64,000 nucleotides of DNA, from NCBI GenBank assembly GCA_036278915.1, contig DASUKB010000001.1:237186-301185 (forward strand), in the 5' to 3' direction. Shown one piece after another: positions 1 through 10,343 of this stretch (its first letter is position 1; the number at the start of each line of letters is the position of its first letter). The stretch is from Patescibacteria group bacterium. GTDB lineage: Bacteria > Patescibacteriota > Doudnabacteria > UBA920 > O2-02-FULL-48-8. The notes beneath the pieces were generated by a model. That model saw only the letters and a program-made list of their open reading frames with translations. It searched no databases and had not been told where the DNA came from. A program made the position numbers and the translations under genes.

Positions 1-887
1 GAGTCAAAATTCAAACCTTGCCTTTGTAATTCTTTTTCTGCTTCAGAGTCAACGGGAATTTCGTGGAAGATTTCCGTCTCATGCCGTTTGGGATTTTTGT
101 TTTCTTCTTGCACAAGCTCCCGAATAGTTTTTTGCCCGTTGCCGACAACGCAAGGTCGGTTTCGGCTCAAGACGGCCGCTGCTTTTCCGCCAATGACTGT
201 GGCGCGGTAAACTTTTCCTTGGAGCTGCTGTTCTACCAGCACAAACGGCGAAAGCTGCTTAGCTTTTTTAAAAGCTTGCCGCAATTGGGCTTCGGTTTTT
301 ATATGCACAGTCGTATGCCGGCTGCGGGAACCCTGGCTTGGCTTAATTATTGTATCGCCATTGATGGAGCGGAATATTCTGAGCGCTTTTGAATACCGAA
401 AACACGCGCCTCCAACTGCTACTGGAATACTGTTTTCTTGGAAGTGGCGGCGCATGGTGGGCTTGTCGTCCATCCACCAGAAACCTTCTGACAGTGGTTT
501 TTGGGGCCTGGGAATTTCATAGAAAAATTTAGATTCGTTTCCATATATTGCCACAAATGTTTCCAGTGGCCGGCCCAGCAGGCGAAATTCATAAATTTTG
601 ATCCCAAGTTTTTTTGCCGATTCCCACAAGGCTTGCGCCCGCAAACTATTGTGCGCATTCGGTTCTTGGTTTATAGAACCTAGCCCCAATGAGGTAAGCA
701 GGCGAAAAATCGGCAGCGCCAAACGATCGAGGCGCATAGGCAAAAATATTGGCGCAAAAATTGAGCGGCGAATTTGAATATTGATTTTATTCAATGGAGA
801 AAGCAGCCAATCGGCGAGGACTGATATGTATTGCGCGAGATGGTCGACCTGCGCTGGGCCGCAGTCTGGGCAAATTTTTTCTTTCAT
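1..887 (-). CDS. ATP-grasp protein resembling cyanophycin synthetase/GshAB ATP-grasp domain (runs off window start)
   Basis: Hand-translated from ATG at 887: MKEKICPDCG...WMDDKPTMR...IIKPSQGSRSRHTTVHI...LVEQQLQGKVYRATVIGG...VGNGQKTIRELVQEENKNPKR; frame open to base 1; not in ORF track. Confidence 0.75.
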   Translation of the reverse strand, partial: MKEKICPDCGPAQVDHLAQYISVLADWLLSPLNKINIQIRRSIFAPIFLPMRLDRLALPIFRLLTSLGLGSINQEPNAHNSLRAQALWESAKKLGIKIYEFRLLGRPLETFVAIYGNESKFFYEIPRPQKPLSEGFWWMDDKPTMRRHFQENSIPVAVGGACFRYSKALRIFRSINGDTIIKPSQGSRSRHTTVHIKTEAQLRQAFKKAKQLSPFVLVEQQLQGKVYRATVIGGKAAAVLSRNRPCVVGNGQKTIRELVQEENKNPKRHETEIFHEIPVDSEAEKELQRQGLNFD

Positions 888-931
888 CTAAAAATTATAG
901 CATTGAATCCGGTTTATGCTAAACTAAGCTT

Positions 932-2047
932 ATGAAACGGGCTCAATTTATAATCTTCATAGGTTCGGTGCTGGCAATCTTGTTTTTGTCGCATTTCATA
1001 GTGTACGAAGTTGCCGTGCAATTGTTTGGCTTTTCGGGCCTGGGCCTTACTTGGTTACGGATAATTTTAATAATCTTGGCTTTAAGCTTTGTACCGGCGC
1101 AGGTCCTGACTGTCTGGTTTTATAATTTATGGACGAAAATTTTCTACCGCGTGTCAGTAATTTGGCTTGGGTTTTTGATGTACTTGTTTCTGGCCGCTTG
1201 CGTCTACGCAATCGTTTTGGGGTTGTCTAGTCTGTCAGGCGCAGGGTGGAACTTCAAGGAATTTGGTATTGGATTATTTTTATTCGCGGTTCTTGTGGGC
1301 ATCTATGCGCTCATTCACGCCCGAGATATCTGCGTGAAAAAATTACGCATCAACCTACCTAATCTCCCGGCAGAGTGGGTCGGCAAAAAAATTCTATTTG
1401 TAAGCGATTTACATCTGGGACAAATCTATGGGCGTAAATTTGCCGCCAAAGTGCGTGATCGTATAAACGCTCTCAATCCTGAACTTGTTCTCATAGGCGG
1501 TGATCTGTATGACGGCGGCCGCGTGGATAAACCGGCTATCATAAGCCCGCTGTCTGGGATTACCGCACCTAGAGGAATTTATTTTATAACCGGCAATCAT
1601 GATGGCTTTTCCGAAAAAGATACGATTCAGGATATTGCGGCAATTACGCAAGCGGACATCAAAGTCTTGCGTGATCAGTTTGTAGATCTAGATGGCTTGC
1701 AGGTGGTGGGCGTGGATTATCGACATACAATCAAGATGGATGCTTACGAAACTGTTCTCAAACAGCTTGCAATTGATACGAGTAGACCGTCGATTCTGCT
1801 GCGGCACGTGCCCGTGTTTACGGAAATTGCCGAACGCCGCGGCATTTCACTGCAGCTTTCAGGCCATACGCATCGCGGCCAGGTTTGGCCAGTGAGTCTG
1901 ATTCCAAATCTGGTCTACAAGCAGTTTGCCTACGGCCTTAAGTCCCAGGGCAGCATGCGCGTTTACACTTCGTCTGGAGTGGGGACTTGGGGGCCGCCGT
2001 TTCGCGTGGGCACCGATTCGGAACTGGTGCTCATAGAGCTTGGGTAA
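932..2047 (+). CDS. Membrane-anchored metallophosphoesterase (YkuE-like)
   Basis: N-terminal TM helices; SDLHLG, GGDLYD, TGNHD, LSGHTHRGQ motifs. Confidence 0.9.
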   Translation: MKRAQFIIFIGSVLAILFLSHFIVYEVAVQLFGFSGLGLTWLRIILIILALSFVPAQVLTVWFYNLWTKIFYRVSVIWLGFLMYLFLAACVYAIVLGLSSLSGAGWNFKEFGIGLFLFAVLVGIYALIHARDICVKKLRINLPNLPAEWVGKKILFVSDLHLGQIYGRKFAAKVRDRINALNPELVLIGGDLYDGGRVDKPAIISPLSGITAPRGIYFITGNHDGFSEKDTIQDIAAITQADIKVLRDQFVDLDGLQVVGVDYRHTIKMDAYETVLKQLAIDTSRPSILLRHVPVFTEIAERRGISLQLSGHTHRGQVWPVSLIPNLVYKQFAYGLKSQGSMRVYTSSGVGTWGPPFRVGTDSELVLIELG

Positions 2048-2111
2048 GGGATTTGACACCGGAACGAGAAAAGTGTATCCTAAGTAGGAAATTCATACAT
2101 TTCCTATTTTT

Positions 2112-2336
2112 ATGCTCAAGAACAAACAGGGCAAAGGGTTTTACGGAATTACGACAGTGGGCGAGAAAGGCCAGGCGGTGATACCTGCTTCTGCCCGGAA
2201 AGCTTTGTCGCTCAAAAAAGGCGACAAGCTTTTGGTGTTTGGACGCGGGCAACTGCTGGCATTTTCCAAGCTTTCCGACTTGGAACACATTGCGCACGCT
2301 TTGGCAGAGCGCCTGGATTCATACAGACTATTATAA
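2112..2336 (+). CDS. AbrB/MazE/SpoVT-family DNA-binding protein
   Basis: TTVGEKGQAVIPASARKALSLKKGDKL signature; TTGACA-17-TATCCT upstream. Confidence 0.85.
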   Translation: MLKNKQGKGFYGITTVGEKGQAVIPASARKALSLKKGDKLLVFGRGQLLAFSKLSDLEHIAHALAERLDSYRLL

Positions 2337-2374
2337 AAAAGCAGTCTTCTAAAAGACGCAGTTAATTTTCAATT

Positions 2375-3043
2375 ATGCCCGTAATTTCCGCCAAAGAAAT
2401 ATCCAAAATATATGAGACCGCAGATGCGACACCCGTGCTTTCGGGTGTGTCTTTGGATATTGCCAAAGGGGAGAGTGTGGCTATAATCGGTAAATCTGGC
2501 AGCGGCAAATCCACTTTTATGCACATTTTGGCAACGCTCGACAAGCCCACCACCGGAAGCTTGGAAATCGACGGTGCGGATGCGCTCAAACTTTCCTCCC
2601 GCGCGCTCGATAGTTTGCGCAACCGCAAATTTGGTTTTGTATTCCAACAGTTTTTCTTAAATGGCCGCGATACAAGCTTGGACAATGTCGCATTGCCGCT
2701 GGTCATAGCCGGCGTGCCTTTGGGCGAGCGCCGCAGGAAAGCCTTGGAAATGCTTACTGCAGTTGGATTGTCTGAGCAGGCGAAAATGCTCGCGGCAAAT
2801 CTTTCAGGGGGGCAGAAACAGCGGCTGGTGATTGCGCGGGCGCTGGTCACGGACCCGGAAGTCATATTTGCCGACGAGCCGACCGGGAATCTGGATACGG
2901 AAAACGGAAAAATTGTCACAGATTTGCTGTTTGGATTGCAAAAAGAGAAAGGGATTACTTTGGTAATTGTGACCCACGATACGGATTTGGCCAAACTTTG
3001 CGATCGGGTGGTGCACATAAAAGACGGACGAATTGTCGCATGA
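2375..3043 (+). CDS. ABC transporter ATP-binding subunit (LolD/MacB type)
   Basis: GKSGSGKST, LSGGQKQR, ADEPTGNLD, VTHD. Confidence 0.95.
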   Translation: MPVISAKEISKIYETADATPVLSGVSLDIAKGESVAIIGKSGSGKSTFMHILATLDKPTTGSLEIDGADALKLSSRALDSLRNRKFGFVFQQFFLNGRDTSLDNVALPLVIAGVPLGERRRKALEMLTAVGLSEQAKMLAANLSGGQKQRLVIARALVTDPEVIFADEPTGNLDTENGKIVTDLLFGLQKEKGITLVIVTHDTDLAKLCDRVVHIKDGRIVA

Positions 3044-4308
3044 AAATTATTGATCTTTTAAAAACTTCCCAGAAAAATTTGGTCCGGTCCAAGCTCCGGA
3101 CGTTTTTGACTATTTTGGCCGTGATTATAGGTACGTTTACAATTTCTCTGACAAACGGCGTGGGTAATGGCGTGAAGGCTTACATAAACAAAGAGCTGGG
3201 GAATGTTGGTGTCAATAACGCGTTTGTGGTTCAGGCAAGAGCTCCTTCGGAAGGTCCGGTGGGAAGCGACGTTGTGGAGTATGACCCAAAAACCACAAAG
3301 GGCAGTTTTGGTAATTTACTTTTGACTGACAAAGACCTCGCTAATATCCAGCAAATCCGGAATGTCGCAAGTGTCATTCCTGCCTATACCATGCAGATTG
3401 ACTATATCTCCACTGGATCCGCCAAATATGTGGCTAGTGCCAGCCAATACACGCAGGGGTTAAATTTGGCCATGGCCGCGGGCAGAGTTGTGGATTCAAA
3501 TCAGGCAGACGAGGTGAGTTTGCCGATCAGGTATTTATCTTATTTGGGATTTGCGAATGCCAACGATGCAATTGGCAAAAAACTCATTCTTGGTTACAAA
3601 AATTCCCAAGCGCAAGAGGTTGAAAAATCTCTAACGATTGTCGGAGTGCAGGAAGAGTCTCTGCTCGGTAATTCATCGGTCTATATAACATCCGCTGAAG
3701 CGCAGGCCGTATCCGCGGATCAAAATGCAGGCAACGCCAATCTTGCGAACGCCTATCCAATGGCGTTGGTGGAGTTCGATGAGAATCTTCCGCAAGCGCA
3801 AATCGATGAACTTAAATCCACGCTAGAAGCGAACAATTACACAGCCGATACGATCCAGGACCAGATTGGGATGTTCAGCAAAGTTATAAATGGAATTATT
3901 ATCGGTCTGGATATTTTTGGGGTGATCACGCTTTTGGTGGCCGGGTTTGGGATTGTGAATACATTATTTATGGCAGTCAACGAACGAACGTCGGAAATCG
4001 GGCTTATGAAAGCACTTGGCGCAAATTCGAAGACGGTATTCGCGATTTTTTCTCTGGAAGCCGCGTCAATTGGTTTCTGGGGTGCTATAATTGGTATTGC
4101 GTTGAGCGTTGGAGCGGGTAAAATTGCCAATCGATATGCTTCAAGCCATTTTTTGAAAGACTTCGCAGGATTCCATCTTTTGGCTTTCCCAATTCCGAAT
4201 TCAATTTTAATTTTAGCCGGCATTGTCGTGCTGGCGTTTTTTGCGGGCGCCTTGCCTTCTGTTAAAGCCAGCCGCCTGGATCCTATAAAAGCTTTGCGTT
4301 ACGAATAA
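3040..4308 (+). CDS. ABC transporter permease (MacB/FtsX type)
   Basis: ATG overlaps the previous stop; KLRTFLTILAVIIG, ERTSEIGLMKALGA, ASRLDPIKALRYE. Confidence 0.92.
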   Translation: MKIIDLLKTSQKNLVRSKLRTFLTILAVIIGTFTISLTNGVGNGVKAYINKELGNVGVNNAFVVQARAPSEGPVGSDVVEYDPKTTKGSFGNLLLTDKDLANIQQIRNVASVIPAYTMQIDYISTGSAKYVASASQYTQGLNLAMAAGRVVDSNQADEVSLPIRYLSYLGFANANDAIGKKLILGYKNSQAQEVEKSLTIVGVQEESLLGNSSVYITSAEAQAVSADQNAGNANLANAYPMALVEFDENLPQAQIDELKSTLEANNYTADTIQDQIGMFSKVINGIIIGLDIFGVITLLVAGFGIVNTLFMAVNERTSEIGLMKALGANSKTVFAIFSLEAASIGFWGAIIGIALSVGAGKIANRYASSHFLKDFAGFHLLAFPIPNSILILAGIVVLAFFAGALPSVKASRLDPIKALRYE

Positions 4309-4309
4309 T

Positions 4310-6055
4310 ATGGCCGATTCAACCAATAAAATAGAAAATCCTTCGTGGACCAGCCTGTTCCGGCTGTTCCGGCCGTACTGGCTGCCTATCGTAGTTTTGG
4401 TAGTGCTCACGATTGCCGGCAACGGACTCAATTTAGTGGTGCCCAAAATTATTTCTCACGGCATTGATTCGTTTTTGGGAAGGACATTCCGGTTTGAGAC
4501 GTTTATCCTGGAATTTCTCGTCGTTGGGCTGGTGATTTTTATTTTGGGTTACCTGCAGGCAGTGGTCCAGACATATGCCGCCGAACGCGTGGCGCGGGAT
4601 TTGCGCAACCAGCTTTCAGACAAAATTTCGAGTCAGGATTACGCTTATGTTGAACGGGTTTCTTCTGCGAAACTTCTCACCAATTTAACTTCCGACGTGG
4701 ATGCAGTGAAAATGTTCGTGTCTCAGGCGATTTCATCTATTATTTCGTCGGTGTTTCTTATCCTCGGGGCTAGCATCTTGCTTTTGCTCATCAACTGGCG
4801 GCTTGCTCTGGCCGTGCTCGGGATTGTTCCATTTATTGGAATCGTATTTTATCTGGTGCTGTCGCGCATACGCAAATTGTTCAAGCGCTCGCAGGAGGCT
4901 ATCGATTGGCTCAACAAAGTCATCAATGAGAGTATCCTCGGCGCGGCGCTCATACGGCTCCTCAATTCCCAACAGTTTGAATACGAAAAATTTATGGATG
5001 CCAATACCGAGTCCTACAATCTCGGCATGAGCATATTGCGCTTGTTTGCGGGACTCATACCAGCAATCACGTTTGCCACAAACCTTGCGACACTTTTGAT
5101 CTTGGCTTACGGCGGGCATCTCATAATAATCGGCAATTTAAGCCTGGGCGACTATACGGCCTTCAATAGTTATTTGGCGATTCTAATTTTCCCGATTCTT
5201 TTAATAGGTATTATGTCCAACGTCATTGCCAGATCGGCCGCATCTTATCAGCGCATAGAAGAAGTTTTGCATGCACCCATACCGGACAAAGGCGGCGGGT
5301 TGACGGCGGAATTGACCGGCAAGATTTCAGTGGAGGATGTGTCTTTGCGTTTCGGCGAAAAGAAAGCTTTGCGCGAGGTTTCTTTGGCGATTGCTCCAAA
5401 AAGCAAGACTGCGATTATCGGCCCCACGGCCGCCGGGAAAACCCAGCTTTTATACCTGCTCACCGGACTCATCAAACCAGAATCAGGGAAAATTTTGTAT
5501 GACGGCCACCCAATCAGCGACTACAACAAGGAATCCCTGCACTCGCAAATCGGCTTTGTATTTCAAGACAGCATAATTTTTAATATGACTCTGCGTGAAA
5601 ATATTGCTTTCAGCAACTCTGCCACCGATGAATCTCTGGCGCTGGCTATCCGAACCGCGGAACTTTCAGACTTTATACAAAGACTGCCGGAAAAATTAGA
5701 CACGGTCGTTTCTGAACGCGGATCCAACCTCTCCGGCGGCCAAAAGCAGCGCATAATGCTGGCGCGCGCACTGGCGCTCAATCCTAAAATTCTGCTTTTG
5801 GACGAATTTACGGCTCGTGTGGACGCTGCCACCGAGAAAAAAGTTTTGGCGAACATCGCGGCCAATTATCCGGATTTAACTTTGATTTCCGTAACCCAGA
5901 CTATTGCCTCGGTCGAACACTACGACCAGATTATATTGCTTATGGAAGGGGAGATTCTATCGTCCGGCCGGCATGAACAGTTGCTGCATACCTCACCTGA
6001 ATACGTTCAGATTTTTAACTCTCAAGCTAGTACCAACCAGCATGAATCCCGTTAG
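4310..6055 (+). CDS. ABC exporter, fused permease/ATPase (heterodimer subunit)
   Basis: Six TM helices; GPTAAGKT, LSGGQKQR, LLDEFT (partly degenerate site). Confidence 0.93.
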   Translation: MADSTNKIENPSWTSLFRLFRPYWLPIVVLVVLTIAGNGLNLVVPKIISHGIDSFLGRTFRFETFILEFLVVGLVIFILGYLQAVVQTYAAERVARDLRNQLSDKISSQDYAYVERVSSAKLLTNLTSDVDAVKMFVSQAISSIISSVFLILGASILLLLINWRLALAVLGIVPFIGIVFYLVLSRIRKLFKRSQEAIDWLNKVINESILGAALIRLLNSQQFEYEKFMDANTESYNLGMSILRLFAGLIPAITFATNLATLLILAYGGHLIIIGNLSLGDYTAFNSYLAILIFPILLIGIMSNVIARSAASYQRIEEVLHAPIPDKGGGLTAELTGKISVEDVSLRFGEKKALREVSLAIAPKSKTAIIGPTAAGKTQLLYLLTGLIKPESGKILYDGHPISDYNKESLHSQIGFVFQDSIIFNMTLRENIAFSNSATDESLALAIRTAELSDFIQRLPEKLDTVVSERGSNLSGGQKQRIMLARALALNPKILLLDEFTARVDAATEKKVLANIAANYPDLTLISVTQTIASVEHYDQIILLMEGEILSSGRHEQLLHTSPEYVQIFNSQASTNQHESR

Positions 6056-6061
6056 AAATTT

Positions 6062-7825
6062 ATGAATTACAAACTTAACATCACAACCGCCAGTCGGAAA
6101 AAAACCAGCCTCAAAGCTGCTATAAAAACTTTGACACCGCTTTTGGCGGGGGAAAAGCGCAATTTAATTTTTGCGTTTGCGGCAATTTTGGTTAGCGCCG
6201 CTTCCACGCTGTTTGCGCCGATTATCATAAGCCATGTCATCGACAAATTTATTCCCGTCCGAGACTACCATGGCGTGCTGGTGTATTCCGGAATTCTTTT
6301 GGCCGTGTTTGCCGCAGGACTTGCTTCAAGTTATATACAAACCCTAAGCATGGGTTTTGTGGGGCGCAAAGTTTTGTTTAATTTGCGCAACGCAATATTT
6401 ACAAAGCTTCAGGAATTGCCCGTAGCATTTTTCAACCAGAACAAAGCCGGGGATTTGATTTCGCGCATAAACAACGACACGGACAAGCTTAATCAATTTT
6501 TCTCGCAGGCTCTCATGCAGTTTATCGGCAGTTTTTTCCTCATTGCCGGTGCCGGTATTTTCGTTATCGTCCTCAATTTCCGCTTAGGCGCGGCCTCGCT
6601 GGCGCCGGCGTTGCTGGTATTGGTTGTGACGCAAATAATTTCGGCCTGGGTCAAGCGCAGAAACACCCGGTCGCTTCAGACGCTGGGGTCTTTAAGTTCG
6701 GAAGTCCAGGAAAGCTTGGTAAACTTTAAAGTTATTGTCGCATTTAACCGCCTTGACTATTTCCGCCAAAAATTCGGGCAGGTTAACCAAAACAATTACG
6801 AAACTTCGGTGGATGCCGGAATCGCCAATAATATTTTTACGCCGCTTTATGGATTGGCTTCAAACCTGGCGCAGCTGACTGTAATTGCCTATGGCATTTA
6901 TCTTATAATGGGCGGGCATTTAACCATCGGCTTGCTCATCGGCTTCCTGCTGTACGTCAATAATTTTTATAATCCCCTGCGCCAGCTGGCAAATGTCTGG
7001 TCCACGCTGCAGCTGGCTTTGGCCGCGTTTGATCGCGTGTCCGAGGTCTTGGCTTTGGAATCCGATATGCCTATGGTTGTGGATGAAATTGCGTCTGAAG
7101 CGGGGGACGACGTCTTGGCTTTCCAAAACGTCAGTTTCCATTATCCTGACGGTAAGGATGTTTTGCGTGATATTAATTTTACGCTCAAGCGCGGCAAAAC
7201 TTACGCGCTGGTTGGTCCCACTGGCGGCGGCAAAACCACCACGGCTTCGCTTATGGCCAGGCTTTACGATCCAACTTCCGGCAAAGTGGAGTTTTTGGGA
7301 CGAGATATCCGCTCTTACAGTCCGCGCGAACGCGGGGACGGGATCGGATTTATCCTACAGGAGCCGTTTCTGTTTACCGGCACGGTGCGGGACAATTTGC
7401 TTTATGGCAATCACGAGTATGTCGATTTTTCCAATGACCAGCTGAATGCGGTTTTGGAACAGGATGGCTTATCTAAACTCCTGTCGCGGTTTACCGATGG
7501 TTTGGACACCGAAGTCACGGTCTCTGGAAACAGCATCAGTCTCGGCCAGAAGCAGCTGATAGCTTTTATGCGCGCGTTTTTACGCAAACCCAAGCTGCTT
7601 ATTTTGGATGAAGCCACAGCCAACGTTGACACCGTCACCGAGCAGCTCCTGGAAGAAATTTTGACCAAATTGCCCAAGGACACAACCAAAGTCATAATCG
7701 CGCACCGGTTGAATACCATAAAGCGCGCTGATCAGATTTTCTTCATCAACGCGGGTGAAATTACGCCGGCCGGATCTATGGAACACGCGGTGGAAATGTT
7801 GCTTTCCGGCCAGCGCCAAAGTTAA
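6062..7825 (+). CDS. ABC exporter, fused permease/ATPase (partner subunit)
   Basis: GPTGGGKTT, ISLGQKQL, LDEATANVD, IAHRL. Confidence 0.93.
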   Translation: MNYKLNITTASRKKTSLKAAIKTLTPLLAGEKRNLIFAFAAILVSAASTLFAPIIISHVIDKFIPVRDYHGVLVYSGILLAVFAAGLASSYIQTLSMGFVGRKVLFNLRNAIFTKLQELPVAFFNQNKAGDLISRINNDTDKLNQFFSQALMQFIGSFFLIAGAGIFVIVLNFRLGAASLAPALLVLVVTQIISAWVKRRNTRSLQTLGSLSSEVQESLVNFKVIVAFNRLDYFRQKFGQVNQNNYETSVDAGIANNIFTPLYGLASNLAQLTVIAYGIYLIMGGHLTIGLLIGFLLYVNNFYNPLRQLANVWSTLQLALAAFDRVSEVLALESDMPMVVDEIASEAGDDVLAFQNVSFHYPDGKDVLRDINFTLKRGKTYALVGPTGGGKTTTASLMARLYDPTSGKVEFLGRDIRSYSPRERGDGIGFILQEPFLFTGTVRDNLLYGNHEYVDFSNDQLNAVLEQDGLSKLLSRFTDGLDTEVTVSGNSISLGQKQLIAFMRAFLRKPKLLILDEATANVDTVTEQLLEEILTKLPKDTTKVIIAHRLNTIKRADQIFFINAGEITPAGSMEHAVEMLLSGQRQS

Positions 7826-7864
7826 TGATTGTTTGACAGGCTTAAACTTTGCTATACTTAGTGT

Positions 7865-8239
7865 ATGAACGAAAATGAGCTGGGCAGCCAGCTTAAAATT
7901 TATACCGAGCTTAGAAAAGAAAATAAAGATATAAATGTCGCGGCACTTGCTTTGGCCGCGCTTGCCGATCATCAATCCAATCTGCTCACGCCCAAAGAGA
8001 AGCGCATTGCGTATCTCATATCCTTGTCGTTGCCGCCATTTGGCGCGCTCTACGCACTCAAATTTTACACCTCAGGCAAATCTGACGGCAAAACTGCCGC
8101 GTATATGTGCCTGGGCCTAACCGTGGCCTCTATTCTGTCATTATTTTTGATTACCGGGTTAATGTTCAAGAGTTCCGGACTAAGCACGCAGCAGCTGGAA
8201 CAAGCCCCGCAGCAGTACCAGGATCTGTTGGCCCCCTAA
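7865..8239 (+). CDS. Hypothetical membrane protein
   Basis: Two hydrophobic segments; TTGACA-17-TATACT promoter just upstream. Confidence 0.7.
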   Translation: MNENELGSQLKIYTELRKENKDINVAALALAALADHQSNLLTPKEKRIAYLISLSLPPFGALYALKFYTSGKSDGKTAAYMCLGLTVASILSLFLITGLMFKSSGLSTQQLEQAPQQYQDLLAP

Positions 8240-8278
8240 TTAATTGCCAAATCCAAGCATTAGTTCTAAAATGCTTCT

Positions 8279-8764
8279 ATGGAAGCATTTTTTAACGAAT
8301 TCAGAAGCCCGACCTTCGGCAAACTGGATTTTGAAGGGGTCTGGGACAAACTTCTTGACTACATTGGTGTTGCGCCGGGACTTGAGTACGAACTTATAAT
8401 TGGCACGGATTCCATGCCGAGCGGCACGGAGGCTGAATTTGTATCGGCAATCGTAGTGCACCGCAAAAATTCAGGCGGCATTTATTTTTGGTCCAAACGT
8501 CATCGAGTCGGATTTCATACCCTGCGCCAGAGAATTTTTCAGGAAGCATTGGATTCGCTCAAACTCGCCGAGCAGTTGATCGGCCGTCTTAAGGAAAAAA
8601 ACATTACTGATTTTAATTTGACCATCCATGTCGACGTCGGGCCAAACGGCCAGACCAGACAAATGATCCACGAAGTCGTGGGCATGATCAAAGGTTCCGG
8701 ATTTGCGGTGAAGACGAAACCTGAATCCTACGGCGCGTCATCCGTGGCGGATAGGCATACATAA
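8279..8764 (+). CDS. RNase H-like YkuK family protein (DUF458)
   Basis: IIGTDS, IVVHR..GG, LRQRIFQEA..S, IHVDVGPNGQT, KPESYGASSVADRHT. Confidence 0.88.
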   Translation: MEAFFNEFRSPTFGKLDFEGVWDKLLDYIGVAPGLEYELIIGTDSMPSGTEAEFVSAIVVHRKNSGGIYFWSKRHRVGFHTLRQRIFQEALDSLKLAEQLIGRLKEKNITDFNLTIHVDVGPNGQTRQMIHEVVGMIKGSGFAVKTKPESYGASSVADRHT

Positions 8765-8928
8765 AATAAGCTAAAAGTTGGAAATCAAAAGTGAAAAGTA
8801 CCAATTTTTGGTGCTTTTTTATTTTCCACAACACTGTACATATAACCACAATGCTTTGCCTTATTGCCCAACTGCCTTTGTGTTAAATGGTCAGTTGATG
8901 TTGTGCCAATATACATTAGAATCAATTC

Positions 8929-9156
8929 ATGGACGGAATTAGAGAATTCTTTTATTGGAGCGCGAGCATAGCCTCAATCTTGATCGGACTGTTTGTGTTG
9001 GCAATGTTTGGGTTATTGTTTTACCTGAAGCGAGCCGCAGATTCCGGCTTGCGGAAACTTGATTTTATGTCAGAACAGGTCAGGTCCGCGGGCCGAACCT
9101 GGCGAAACCTTGCATTTACTCGATTTCTTATTAGGACATTAAGGTTTATTTTCTAA
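8929..9156 (+). CDS. Small membrane protein
   Basis: Single TM helix; first of a three-gene run. Confidence 0.65.
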   Translation: MDGIREFFYWSASIASILIGLFVLAMFGLLFYLKRAADSGLRKLDFMSEQVRSAGRTWRNLAFTRFLIRTLRFIF

Positions 9157-9160
9157 ATTT

Positions 9161-9529
9161 ATGTTCTACGATAAATATTATAGACACAGGAATAATTCTT
9201 TGGGCATAGGGCTGCTGGCTTTTGCCGCAGGAGCCGTAGCATGGGCTTTATTCGGCGAAAAAATCCGCACAGGACTGAAAGAAAGTGAAAAGTTTCAGGA
9301 CCTCAAAGATGAAGTTTATGAAAAGGCTTCAAATATGGCGGATCTGACCCGGGAAAAATATGACAAATTTGTAGATGAAGCCGCCAGTCAATACGCCACG
9401 GTGCGCGGTATTTCTCAGAACGAATTGCGCGACCTTGTTTCAGATCTCAAGTGGCACTGGCATCGGATCAAATCATCATGGAAAAATAACCGGTATTCGG
9501 ATGCGGGGAATTCGTTTGGAGAACATTAA
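9161..9529 (+). CDS. YtxH-like protein
   Basis: GLLAFAAGAVAWALFG followed by charged helical region. Confidence 0.65.
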   Translation: MFYDKYYRHRNNSLGIGLLAFAAGAVAWALFGEKIRTGLKESEKFQDLKDEVYEKASNMADLTREKYDKFVDEAASQYATVRGISQNELRDLVSDLKWHWHRIKSSWKNNRYSDAGNSFGEH

Positions 9530-9553
9530 TTTTATTGGAAAGGGGTGATATAA

Positions 9554-9820
9554 ATGAGTGTTATAACATGGATTATTCTCGGTGGACTGGCCGGCTGGAT
9601 AGCCAGTATCGTCATGCACACGGATGCGGAAATGGGGATTCCCGCCAATATTATAGTGGGAATTGTGGGCGCGCTCTTAGGCGGCTGGCTTATGACGCTG
9701 TTCGGCGGCCCCTCGGTGACTGGATTCAACTTCTCCAGCCTGATTGTGGCGATTTTGGGTGCAATCATTCTGCTTTGGGTCGTGCGCGGGTTCCGCACAC
9801 CGCTTTCAGGAAGATACTGA
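9554..9820 (+). CDS. GlsB/YeaQ/YmgE transglycosylase-associated membrane protein
   Basis: WIILGGLAGWIAS...NIIVGIVGALLGG...VTGFNFSSLIVAILGAIILL. Confidence 0.92.
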   Translation: MSVITWIILGGLAGWIASIVMHTDAEMGIPANIIVGIVGALLGGWLMTLFGGPSVTGFNFSSLIVAILGAIILLWVVRGFRTPLSGRY

Positions 9821-9849
9821 TAAACTAATTTCTAATTACTAATTGATCT

Positions 9850-9877
9850 AAAAAAATCCCCTTGAGGGGATTTTTTT
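9850..9877. terminator. Bidirectional intrinsic terminator
   Basis: A7-TCCCC-TTGA-GGGGA-T7 between convergent genes. Confidence 0.85.
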
Positions 9878-9884
9878 ATGTCTG

Positions 9885-10208
9885 TTAAAGGCCGAGGATA
9901 TTTTTTAGCTTCTGTTCGATTACCGGCTTGGGCGCGGCGCCCATAATTTCACCAATGACCTTGCCGGACTTGAATACTTTAAGCGAGGGGATGGATGAGA
10001 TAAAATATTCCTGCGTGGTTCGGGGGTTTTCATCGACGTTCATCTTTCCAACTTTAAGATGGTCTTTGAGTTCTTCCGCCAATTGGGTAACTGCGGGAGA
10101 AACCATTCTGCATGGGCCGCACCATTCGGCCCAGAAATCCACCAAAAAAGGCTTCTCCGAAGTTAAGACTTCGGCTTTGAAATTATCATCAGTTATTGTA
10201 AGCTCCAT
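9885..10208 (-). CDS. trxA: Thioredoxin
   Basis: VDFWAEWCGPCRM; start at MELTIT after AAGGA. Confidence 0.95.
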   Translation of the reverse strand: MELTITDDNFKAEVLTSEKPFLVDFWAEWCGPCRMVSPAVTQLAEELKDHLKVGKMNVDENPRTTQEYFISSIPSLKVFKSGKVIGEIMGAAPKPVIEQKLKNILGL

Positions 10209-10343
10209 ATTTTCCTTTCTTGCCCTTCGGACGGGCCTTTCCGCGTTAGTTGTTGCCGGATAATTATAACTGAAGGCTTGCATTTTGTCTAAATAGTTAT
10301 TTTTTAGTAAGATTGATAAGAAATTTACCGGTAGAAACCAAAA

